DNA of 63,506 nt, filler included, from Squatina squatina (taxonomy: Eukaryota): the NCBI GenBank assembly GCA_031763465.1. It is 4 parts of 4 records of this genome, joined end to end, with 100 filler letters (N's around TTAATTAATTAA, not from the genome) between each part and the next. Parts side by side here need not be neighbours in the genome. Positions count along the whole stretch, not along the records: positions 36,154 to 50,354 come from JARFOE010000080.1; positions 50,455 to 63,506 come from JARFOE010000192.1; 2 more parts are not named here. The stretch is one strand, 5' to 3'. The translations under genes were made by a program, and so were the position numbers. The notes under the pieces were generated by a model, which ran no database searches, had not been told where the DNA came from, and worked only from the letters and a program-made list of their open reading frames with translations. Of this stretch, positions 48,667 through 60,120 are shown piece by piece; position 1 is the first letter of the stretch; every line of letters begins with the position of its first letter.

Positions 48667-49407
48667 GGGGGCCCCAAATGGTTAGTGCTGATGCTGGCTC
48701 TTTAATTGGTCCGGAACACTTTTTTTGCGCCGGCCCCGGAGCAACGGCCTCTGACCGGGAATTTGGATTGTTGTCGTTTTTTTAGGGTACTGAGCCGGCC
48801 CTAACCCGGCGCCTGGAACGTAGCACTAGCAACGTGGCACTGGTTGCCAAGACCAATGCGCTGACGTCAGCCACGGCCCCGCCCCCTGAGTTAAAGGGGA
48901 GGTCCACTAGCTGGTGTCACAGAGTCCCGGTGGCTGCCACTGGGCCACTAGGGAAGTGGGTGACTGGGCCGGCACGCCAATGAGTGTGCCGGCAAACATA
49001 AAGACAGGCCCGGGGGGGTGGCGGGGAGTGGCTGCCATGGATCGGCCGACAGGAGAGTCGGCCGATCAGAATAAATGGCAGCCGCCGGCGCTACTGCCCT
49101 TCCATTTAAGCGTCATTTGGAACAACAAGTTGAACCTGTCGTTGCCAACAATGCCTGCCTCACTAGCGACCCGCAGACCAATCCGCCGTGGGTTGCTAGT
49201 GACGCTGAAAGGGGGGAGCAGCGCTATGGGGTTGGTGCGTGATGTTATGACGTTGTGCGCCGATTAGCGCTGGATTTGGTGCCCCTGGCGCCTTTGCGCC
49301 GTGGGGACACCGACACCAATTCTGTGTGCGATGGTTTTATGCCCGCGGAATGTCAAGAACACGTTTTATGCCCCACTAGCGCCAAAACAAGATCAATTGG
49401 GCCCCCC
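48667..49407. mobile_element. GC-rich non-autonomous DNA transposon-like insertion
   Basis: GC/CpG-rich block in AT-rich context, bounded by GGGGGCCCCAAAT and AATTGGGCCCCCC (imperfect TIRs). Confidence 0.5.
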
Positions 49408-49469
49408 TTTACTTTTACACTCCAACCCTCTTGTTAGCTTTCTGTGATTCGTGAAGGACTCCCAAATCC

Positions 49470-50080
49470 CTCTGAATTCCAACATTTACTCGTCTTTCAC
49501 CTTTTAAAAAATATTCTGCTTTTCCATTCTCCCTACTAAAGTGGGTCATTTCACACTTCCCCACACCACCATCTTGCCCAATCACATAACCTATCTACAT
49601 ATCCCTTTGCAATCTCTTTGCATCCTCCTCAAAACTTACTTTCCCACCTAGCTTTGTATCATCAGCAAACTTGGATACATTACACTTGGTCCCATCATCT
49701 AAGTCATTGATATAGATTGTGAATAGCGGAAGCCCAAGCACTGATCCTTGCGGTACTCCATTAGTTGCAGCCTGCCAACCTGAAAATAACCCGTTTATTC
49801 CTACTCTGTTTTCTGTCCGTTAACCAATCCTCAATCCATGCTGATATATTACCCCCATCCCATGAGCTCTAACTTTGTGTAATAACCTCTTGTGTGGCAC
49901 CTTATCAAATGCTTTTTGAAAATACAAATACACTACATCCACTGGATCCCCCTTATCTACCCTGCTAGTTACAACCTCAAAAAACTAACAGACTTGTCAA
50001 ACACGATTTCCCTTTCATAAATCCACGTTGACTCTGCCCAATCATATTATGATTTTTCTAAGTGCCCTGTTACCTCTTTC
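49470..50080 (-). mobile_element. CR1 LINE reverse transcriptase fragment
   Basis: Reverse strand encodes DVVY.YFQKAFDKVPH.RL, WIEDWLTDRKQ, GVPQGSVLG and SKFADDTKLGG motifs. Confidence 0.88.
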
Positions 50081-50354
50081 CCTAAGCGATAGGAAAATGG
50101 TGGGATTTTCTGATGCCCACTGGCTGTGTGCAAGACCTTGTGGGCAGTGTGGGGTCTTGCAAAATTTACCTTCAATTGTAAAAGCAGATTACTGATGAGA
50201 AGATTTCCTGATATAAATTTTCCCCACCAAACTGATAATAACAATTGGAAATGTTAAAACAATCTCTGGCAGTCACGAACCCTGCAATTCAGCCTCTGGT
50301 GGGCTGCCAATTCCATCCCTCCACAAGATGGCAGTGTCGTACACAAAAGTCAAG

Positions 50355-50454
50355 NNNNNNNNNNNNNNNNNNNNNNNNNNNNNNNNNNNNNNNNNNNNTT
50401 AATTAATTAANNNNNNNNNNNNNNNNNNNNNNNNNNNNNNNNNNNNNNNNNNNN
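50355..50454. other. Artificial scaffold linker N44-TTAATTAATTAA-N44
   Basis: Identical structure to 17732-17831. Confidence 0.95.
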
Positions 50455-50935
50455 ATCATATTGAATGGCGGTGCAGGCTCGAAGGGCCTAATGGCCTACT
50501 CCTGCACCTATTTTCTATGTTTCTATGAATAGATTGACAGTTTCTTCCAATTAAATAGGTTAGTGAGATCCCAGGGTCACAATTTTAAGTTGTATAAGGC
50601 CAGAGCTAGGTTAGATGTCAGGAGGTGGTTCTCTTCCCAGAGAAGAATGGACCTCTGGAACAAGTTGCCGTCTCGTGCACTTGATGATGATTCACTGATT
50701 TCATTCAAGCTTGTTTCTGACTGCGGCGGAGATTTCCTCTTACAGCAAGGAATTCAGGGCCTGGACTAGTTTTGATCACCATGGGGAGGAATTTCCCAGA
50801 TTTTTTATCCAAGTTGGTCTGGATTTTAATCTTTTTTTTGCCTCTTACAGGAGATCACTTTTGAGAGTGTCTATGTTGTGGAACAGGCTAGATGAATCAG
50901 AGGGTCTGTTCCAGTCCGTCATTGTTTGTATGCTC
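50455..50935 (+). mobile_element. Two adjacent CR1 3' ends
   Basis: TTTCTATG tail, then RSQGHNFKLYKARARLDVRRWFSSQRRMDLWNKLP. Confidence 0.75.
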
Positions 50936-53900
50936 GTCTGAGCAGGTACAGTACTTGCAGTGCACAGTTCCATTACTTGTGTGTTTGCTTCTTTCAATTA
51001 ATTTTGTTTGGATCCTAACTTTAAAAAAGAACACAGCCAGCAACTGTTCGACACAGTTTTTGATGCTGGTGGTTGCTGATTAGGCAAACGTAACTGTCGT
51101 TCCTCCCACAATTGTGCTTGTGGAAGAATGACAATTACAAATATGCTGTGAAAGAACAGACACAGGCATCCCTTTCATTTTTATTGATTTATGTTACGTC
51201 TGCCTATTTCTAGACCTCCCTCTCACCTTTTGAGACATTATACAGCTTTCAAAATAATGACACTCCAAACCTGGCCATTTGGGTCACCTAAAAATCAGTT
51301 TCATTGACCCCAAGTTCAGCACATCTGCAGCTTAACCCTTTTATTTCCTTATCAAAAGAAGAAAAAGCTTTTTGTTTAAAAAAAATGTTTGTCTACATAC
51401 TGTCACCACTGGGGATTTGGTGAAAGAAAAGGCAAGATTGATATACAAGCAATCATGGGTCATGTAACATCATGAATNNNNNNNNNNAAAGTTGGCCTTT
51501 CCTTTTCACCAAAACCTGGCTGTCAGTTCGTCGACTGCGAGTGTCCATAAGCGAGCGCACAAAACACTTACAATGTAATCAGGAGCATATAAGAGATGTA
51601 AATAATGTCATTTTCTAACCAAAATCCATGACTTTGAAAACATAATACATTTAAGTATCTGAAAAAGTTTTAATGAAACTGACAAAATTGGATTCTGCCC
51701 CTTGATTTGAGACCAAAGACTATCTCTGTCATATACCCAGTGGTATTGAACCTTCTAATTAGTAGTGAACTGCACTCAATATAGAAACTAAATTTAAGAT
51801 AGAAACTCATAGGGGTGATTTTAACTTGGGACAACAGTGTGAAACGTACAATATCACACTGGCCGCCCATTATTGGCTTGGCTTTTTGGAAAATCTGATG
51901 TGATGTATAATGGGCAGCCAATTCCATAGCGCTTAGTTAAAATGATCTCCATAGTGTTTATTTTATTAAATTCAGAATTCTTAACATGGCACTGTCTTCA
52001 TTAAAAAAAAGTTTAATAAGCCTATTTTTCATTTGGGGGGCAGAAGAGTGAGAAGAAGCAGTGAGTCAATGCGCAAGTGACACATTGGTTCAATGTGATT
52101 CACGTCTTCAGTTGCACGATTATGAGCAATGAAAAAGATTTTACAAATGTTTTCATTACATTGTGCCTTTGATGCTTTTTAAATTTAAAATTTGCATAAG
52201 AAAAAAAAGCATGTAGATATGTAAAGCATCTGTAAAGGAATCAAAGCTTAAATCAGCTTCAGTAAATTCTGACCCTCAACGTTAACACATCAGCTAAGAG
52301 AGTTCAAAGGTCAAAACTGTTAAAATTGACATTTCTTCAAAGGTGTTTGGACTCTTTATATATTTATGCATTACTGTAGCCCTGAAGTAGTGAAGTAATT
52401 TACAGCACTCAATATATTTTGTATCTTATTTTCAGTCAAGTAAATAAAAAAAATCCATAGCATAGAAGTGAGAAATCACAATGATATTTTTTACCATTGC
52501 AACTTTCTAGAAATTAATAAACGACTCTGGGCATTGTGCAGAACACTATCAGATCTCAGATGGTTAATGGCATATGCAACACTGCAAAGAAAAAAAAGCT
52601 CAATCATGCCATAAGGAACCATGCAGAAAATGTTTCTCAGGCGCTGAATATAAAGCTATAAATATTCTGAAGTATTCATTAATGGTCGGTCTGGCAAGTC
52701 TGTTCACCACTTATTCTNNNNNNNNNNNNNNNNNNNNNNNNNNNNNNNNNNNNNNNNNNNNNNNNNNNNNNNNNNNNNNNNNNNNNNNNNNNNNNNNNNN
52801 NNNNNNNNNNNNNNNNNGAAACAGGCACAGATACTGCTCGGGAAATGAGGCGGGAGGGGGTGTTGTCAGATTTCTGAAGCCCTTTAAATTGACACAGCAG
52901 CACCAAAAATCCCAAACCTAACAGGTCCCAGAATCCCGGTGGATTCTTTTGCAAGACCCTGCATTAAATAACTAATGAACAAGGAAACTGGAGTTTACCG
53001 TGAGAATGACTATATGTGACTTGGGCAAATATGAAGTGTGCTGCACACTGCTCCTGCTGTGAAACAAAATCTACCTCCATGTCTTTTTATGTTTTTGATT
53101 TATTTTCTAAATGTTTTTTACATTAGCCACAAAAGCTGAAAAGACATTTGGATAAGCAAAGTACTTTATAGAAAACTGAATATGGTACATATTTCACTTA
53201 CTGCTAATGGTGTTAGTTATTTACCTCCTTATATGGGACACCTTACTCAGTGACCCAGCCACAAACTGACAAAATTCATTCCATTTGATTGGCAAACTCA
53301 AATGTTAGGCATCCCACAGGCCAAACCCTACCACCACAGAGAGGCAAAGCAAAATGCTCTACTGAACCACAAGAATCTCTCTCTCTCTTGCCAATATCTA
53401 TAAATGTATGATTAAAACAGTCTAATAAAATGCCTTGCTGGTTTCTATAACTGCTATACAAAATACTGGCTTTGTTTTAAATTATATCTTAATTACATAT
53501 TAATCTTTTGAGCTGTGCTAGAATTTTAAATTATTGATGTAAAAATGAAAATATGCAGATCTGTCTTTTTTGTTTTACATTTCACATTCTTTATGACTTC
53601 GTTGCATCTGAATTTTTGGCAGACAGGTGATTAATGGTACCGTATTTTATAAAGCCTTCGGTCGCAGACTTCTCTCAGACTCAAAGTGTTTACCGCTTAA
53701 CTGTTTTTTTCCTGGAACATTAACTCTGAGCTTCCAAATGATATCGGAGCGCACCATTTATGCTGCTTTGTGGTAGTTCCACACGGCTGTATCGGACTTT
53801 TGACTCTACACTCTACACTAATTTTTCATTCCTGTACTCGGTGACATTAGGCGAAATCACAAGGGAATTGGGACTCCATCCTTAGAGAGATGACATTTTT

Positions 53901-54164
53901 GCTCAGCTGTGGCAAATTAATATTTTTAATTATAACACAGTACATTTAGCTGCATTTGTTGAGCTATTAATAACCCTTGTCAGTGTTTGTCGAGTAGCTC
54001 AAGTGGTTTTGTTCTTGACTCCCAAAAGGAAGGTTGCAAGCTTGGGTCCTGAAGATACTGATTATTCAAACCTCTTGAGCCATTGGTTGCAGTAGAAGAG
54101 TGTTGGACATTATCTGGATTTGTTGACTGATTGATTGAATACTGTCCTTGCGAGCTTTCTGAGC

Positions 54165-54358
54165 TCCACTCTGCAGAAACTCCAGCTCCTCCAGAATGCC
54201 ACACCCAAATTCCATCTGACTTGTCCTACTCACCATCAGTCCTATCATTGCCAATCTCCATTTCGTCCATTCCTCAGTACATCAACTTCAAAACCCTACT
54301 CATACTTACAAATCTTTCTGGTCTTATTCTTTCATGCCTCTGTACCCTTCTCGACTGC
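54165..54358 (+). mobile_element. L2 LINE 3' fragment
   Basis: TLQKLQLLQNA and INFKTLLILT motifs. Confidence 0.55.
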
Positions 54359-55312
54359 CNNNNNNNNNNNNNNNNNNNNNNNNNNNNNNNNNNNNNNNNN
54401 NNNNNNNNNNNNNNNNNNNNNNNNNNNNNNNNNNNNNNNNNNNNNNNNNNNNNNNNNNNCCCTAAAAGCAAGGAAAAGAAAATCATAATTTGCTGTTTTT
54501 CTGACCCTGGATCATCATAAATGGAACTAACGAGATATTTAGCTGATGAGATAATTCACTTTAAACTGCTCATGTTTTATAGATAGCAAATCACAGATTG
54601 CAATTGGTAACCACTTGTCAAATCTGCAATTATGGCTCACTTGACTTTTGTACGTTTATTTTTATAAATGATTGTTCCTTAGAAACAAGATTTGTTATTG
54701 TGACAGTAAGTATACTCCTGATGAAGCACGATGAAAATGGCATTGTCTCTCCATGATTAGCTCCCCAACTCTTAACTGTCATTACGGATGTTGCATCGTC
54801 TTCAGATCATTTCAAATAGTTGCTTACTTAAACAGAATGCTGTAGGTATAAGATAGAATAGACAGACCTTCTCTGTCTACCAACGGTTTATTTTTTCATT
54901 ATCTACTATCACCGACATTTGAAGCAATAACGCTCATAAGTGGATGCATTCCTTATGCCTTGCTACCCAAAATTTTGAGCTCCACAGAGGATTCCTTATA
55001 AAGCAGTTTGGCTTTTTTCAACACGTGTGATGTAATGATTTGTTTGGTTACCAAAGATGGTAAACATTAAATGTAATTTTAAGAATTTCTAAACTGGGTC
55101 TGTCGTAATGCTAATTTATTTTGATGCAGCAGAGGATTATTTTCATTATGAATTTGTTTGTATTATAGTTATCCAGCGGCTTGGACTGATGAACAGATAT
55201 TTGAGTTCAAATCCCACCACAGCAGCTTCAGAATTTAAGTTCAGTTAATTAAATAAGTCTGGGAGGGAAAAAAGGCTAGTATCAACAGTGACCATAAAAC
55301 TATTGGATTGTC

Positions 55313-55695
55313 GCAAGTTTCCTTTTTCCTCAACTGAGGATTCCCCTCTACCGTGGTTGACATGGCCCTTGACCGTATCTGTTCTATTTCCCGCACTTCT
55401 GCTCTCACCCCTTCTCCTCCCTCCCAGAACCATGATAGGGTTCCCTTTGTCCTCACCTTTCACCCCATCAGCCTCTACTTTCAATGGATCATCCTCCGCC
55501 ATTTCCGCCACGTCCAGCATGATCCCACCACCAAACACATCTTTCCCTCCCTTCCCCTTTCAGCATTCCAAGGGGACCGCTCACTCTGCGACACCTTGGT
55601 CCACACCCCCATCACCCCTAGCAACCCCTCTCCTTCCCACGGCACCTTCCTGTGCAAATGCAGAAGATGCAACACCTGCCCTTTTACATTCTCCC
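55313..55695 (+). mobile_element. Penelope-like element ORF fragment (RT thumb to Cys linker preceding GIY-YIG)
   Basis: GFPSTVVDMALDR...DRVPFVLTFHP...IILRHFRHVQHDPTTKHIF....AFQGDRSLCDTLVH...GTFLCKCRRCNTCPF. Confidence 0.85.
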
Positions 55696-55954
55696 NNNNN
55701 NNNNNNNNNNNNNNNNNNNNNNNNNNNNNNNNNNNNNNNNNNNNNNNNNNNNNNNNNNNNNNNNNNNNNNNNNNNNNNNNNNNNNNNNNNNNNNNACGTA
55801 CACTCAAACCAACAACCTGCCTTTTTCTTTCAGATTCTGATCACCCTAATGCGCATATCCTTTACTTTAAAAAAAATTATTTCTGAACTGCCTTAATTAG
55901 CTGGCTAAAACAGCCGATAGTGGCTATACAATTAAATCTGCTTGTCTCAGATAC

Positions 55955-56091
55955 CTTGAGAATATTCTCCTTAGTGATGCTGTCAAAGAAAATCTTTGCT
56001 CCTTCTTTGATCGACCTTCCACTTCCTCTCTTCCATGTGACAGTGGGTTTGGGGTTCCCAGTCACCTTGGCTTTAAAAATAGCATCTTTGC
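55955..56091 (-). CDS. IGSF22: Immunoglobulin superfamily member 22, first Ig (I-set) domain exon (137 nt)
   Basis: (G)KDAIFKAKVTGNPKPTVTWKRGSGRSIKEGAKIFFDSITKENILK versus recalled human [44 protein letters not shown]. ctatag| and |gtatct sites. Confidence 0.85.
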
Positions 56092-57699
56092 CTATAGCAA
56101 AACAGACCCTTTCAGTAGTAGCAGCCTAAATGAACATGACTGACACATCAATTACACAAACATCAAAATCCCACTGAATGTCATTTGAAACGCATTGGTT
56201 AATGTGCTCAAGTAGATTCACTGGGTGTGTTATTTTATAATGACGTTAAACCATTTTTCAAGCCCGAGAGATTATGAACTATTGCCCCTCTTCCAAAAGC
56301 AGTATTTCTAAAATGAATTTTTCTCCTGAATCAAGATAGCAATCTGTTTTGGGTAGACAATCCTGGCACTAAACACAGGACCACATAAAATGAACAAACC
56401 TCTAGTAAGATAAGAGATATTAAGAAGTGGGCTTTGTTTGAAGTTTTCTCCCACCTTTATTTCCGCTTATGACCGTTGTTGAGGCTGGGCATTGGTTCTA
56501 TAGATGCCGGTTGCCCCCGCCCCAGTGTCTCACCCTATTCTTCACATGAGGCGAGACAGTGAGAGTCAGCAAGCTAGTCCATCAGGGAGGGCAGCAAAGT
56601 TGGGTCTCCCCTTGTCCATGCTTGACTATTTAGCAGAGGTCACTGGATAGTCATGAGAAGCAGGAACCCTGCTCAGGGTGGCTGAGGCCCAAATTGCCAA
56701 GAAGGACTAAGTGTGGTCTGCAGCACTCAGTATCACATCAAAGAGTGCTTTCACCCACAATGGATCAGCTATTTTTTTTAAACCACGCAGTAATGTATAT
56801 GTGGAAAGATTCCCCAAAAAAGTGAATGCAGCTATGAAGTCACCATCTGAGCAGAATTTCTATCTAAAGAATACAATAACAGATAAGCACTTGTCATCAT
56901 TGCATTCGATGAAATACACTGTCATTAAACGATGTAACCATGTTGCAAACCTATTAAACCAAGGAAGAAAATCATTCAACTAAAACACTGAAGCATTGCA
57001 TCCTAATGCAGACACTGAAAACCAGGCTGTGTAGCCTTCAAGGAAAGGTACACTATGAACAGACTGTTACCTCTTCGTCATTCAAGTCTACCATACTTTG
57101 CAATTGTATTATGCTAGGTGAAAGCGTGATGGAAAGCAGCACAGTCAAAGAAACAACGTTTGCTTTCTTGCTTTCATGTTGTAGCTTTGTCTTTTGTTAT
57201 TCTCTCACATGAACTCACCCAGCAGCATTGCGTTCAATGTTAATCAAAGGTGGACCAAGCTGTACAGATCTTCTTCAGCCTCCAGTGGCTAAAAAACTAT
57301 TACAGAGATGAACAGAGCAGTGTCTCTTGATCTTTGCCTATTTTCTTCGCACAGACAGTTACAGTCACACTGTGAAATATCAGATCTAAATAAACCACTA
57401 ACTATGGTGTCTGCACCCTCTAGGTGGATGGTTTCTTTTCAGTCGAGGGTCTGACTCTACAAAACCAATGCTAAAACAATACAGAGACTAGCTGAAGACA
57501 AGTGTGTAAGGAAACTGCATGAAAAGGTCTGCTAGGATAACGGAGCCCTACACTGGCACTGGACAGCAATTCAAGCGGTCTGAAATTNNNNNNNNNNNNN
57601 NNNNNNNNNNNNNNNNNNNNNNNNNNNNNNNNNNNNNNNNNNNNNNNNNNNNNNNNNNNNNNNNNNNNNNNNNNNNNNNNNNNNNNNCATCCCAAGGAA

Positions 57700-58120
57700 A
57701 GAAAAAAGTCTTGCATTTATTTGACATCAGGACATCTGAAAATCTTCATAGCCAATTACTTTTGAAGTTTAGTCACTGGTGTGAGGCAGGGAAATGTGGC
57801 AGCCATTTTGCGCACAGAAAGGCCCCTCAAATAGCAATCAGATAAATAGCCAGACAGTCATTTTTTTCAGTGATGGTGATTGAGTGATAAACTGGGAGAA
57901 TCATGCCATTGAATCTTTCATGTCCATCCAAGAGATCAAATAGTATTTCTGCTTAACGTCTCATCCAAAAGGCAGCATCTTCAACAGTGCAGCATCTCCA
58001 ACAGTACAGTACTGCAGTGAAGTATCAGACTCGATCATTCACACAAGTCTTGGATTAGGACTTGAATCCAGCATCATCTTACTCAGAGGCAAGGACGCTA
58101 TCACTGAGCCAAGGCTAGCA
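57700..58120 (-). mobile_element. Deu-domain SINE
   Basis: TTGCATTTAT tail, TTAACGTCTCATCCAAAAG core and GGACTTGAA...CACTGAGCCAAGG head, all in reverse. Confidence 0.75.
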
Positions 58121-59829
58121 TTGAAGTTACAGCAGTTGATTGGAGAACTCCTGAGGTAATTTCCAGCATACTACTTTCTTTCATTTCAAACTTGCAGTAC
58201 ATGGAATGTAATTAGGTTGATCCTAAGATCTTCATTTAAGAAGAACATTAAGCATACTGTATGACATAGCATGACAGGCAGCACTGCTGCCAGTTTGTCC
58301 ATTGCTAATTGAGCGAAGTTTACGAATCAGAGAAATAATGATCCATTTCTCAAACCAACCACCCTTATGGCCTCCTGAGTGACGCTGCTAACTTAGTACC
58401 AATTACTGACAGTCTTGTGGACTCCTGCCCATTAGCAATTGGGTTGAGGCTGTTTCCCAGCTCAGTTGAGCTGGAAAGATTCCAAAAAGTTGGTTGAAAA
58501 AAAAGATTTTCTGTTTTCAAACTGCCTGCCTTTGTATTAGCAACGACCACAACACCCAGTCAACAGCAACCCCCTACCAAACCGTACAGCAGTAACCCGA
58601 TTAGAGACTTGAACAATGTTTTGTTTACTAGCCCTTAGCAAGAATTCCAATAGTTCAGGTTTTAGCAGTGTGGAAGGTTTGACATCGATTCCCACAGCAG
58701 GCGTTGCTGACTTTGGGGAGGTGCTCTTGAGTCACCAGGTAAGGATCTCAGAGGCCCCCTGCTGCTGAAATATAAGAAGTGGTGANNNNNNNNNNNNNNN
58801 NNNNNNNNNNNNNNNNNNNNNNNNNNNNNNNNNNNNNNNNNNNNNNNNNNNNNNNNNNNNNNNNNNNNNNNNNNNNNNNNNNNNNAAATTGGTCCCATGA
58901 AACTTATCTCACTCACTCTATGCTGCACCTAGTTACGCTGATTTTGAGCTCCGTTTAAATACATTTAAAGAGACCAATATCCCGACGTAATCCAGCGGTG
59001 CAGAACCGGTGCTTATTCCACCCCTATTCGGCAATTGGGGCCCCAATACGTATAACACAATCTGCACATCTTACAAACAGTGTAACTTAATTATAACAAA
59101 TTCTTGCACTATAAAAAGCTCTCAACTAAACTCTGTAACTGACTGCTGGAGGCAATCTTTCCTCTGGTCACTATAAATGCGTGGATAGGCAATGACACAA
59201 TGGCCCAGTGTGTTGGTGCTTTAATACGCTATCCACCGAGTGGAAGGGCATGACTATAGAAAGTAAGGATGTGTGGCTCCCATATGCAAGGCAAGACAGC
59301 TAAAACCCATGAGAAACAGCTGTTTCTTTTTTTTTAAAAAGAGACTATTTTTATTCAGTTGCCCCAAGATGAAGTGCTGATACTACCCTGCATAATATTT
59401 CCTGTGGTCTTTCAAATGTTGCTGGTAACCAGATTAATACAAGCCTTAGCTGCTACACCATAACTGTTAAGTCAATTTAATTGTCATGGTCAGAGTCCAC
59501 TTAATAACTACAAAAATATTTAAAATAAATAAAGTGAACAAACCCTGGAGTCAGCTCATATACTAAGTATGAACTCTATTAGATTAATGTCTCTTTCTCA
59601 CAGCAGTGGTTGGATTTATCCATGCAACGAAGACTCCATTTCAACAGCCACACAGCAGCAGCTCTGCCAAGACATTCCAACAAAGCCACAATACATTTAA
59701 TTAAAAAACACACTTAAAAGATCTGCAAGCCTGTTTAAAAACAGCATCCACTATGTCAGTAATTATAACTGAACGTTAACCTATTGTCCATTAATTATCA
59801 TGTAACCTTCAATTAAAAAACATGTAAAG

Positions 59830-60120
59830 GAAGAACTTGTGTTTATATGGCACATTTGACAAACTCAAGGCATCCAAAAATGTTTCAAAGTATTTTTTTA
59901 AATTTAATCACTGTTGTAATGTAGGGAAGCACAACACCCAATTTGTGCACAGCAATGTCCTACAAACAGCAATGTGGTAGAGGACTATAATCTATTTTAA
60001 TTATATTGGATGAGGGATAAATGTTGACCAGGGCACTCAGAGAATTCCACTGCTCATCTTCAAATAATGCCATGGGACCTTTCACATCCATCAGAGAGAG
60101 CCGGCAGAGCCTCAGTTTAA
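59830..60120 (-). mobile_element. Deu-domain SINE, 3' two-thirds
   Basis: GAGGGATAAATGTTGACCAGG...CTTCAAATAATGCCATGGGA (reverse Deu core). Confidence 0.75.
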
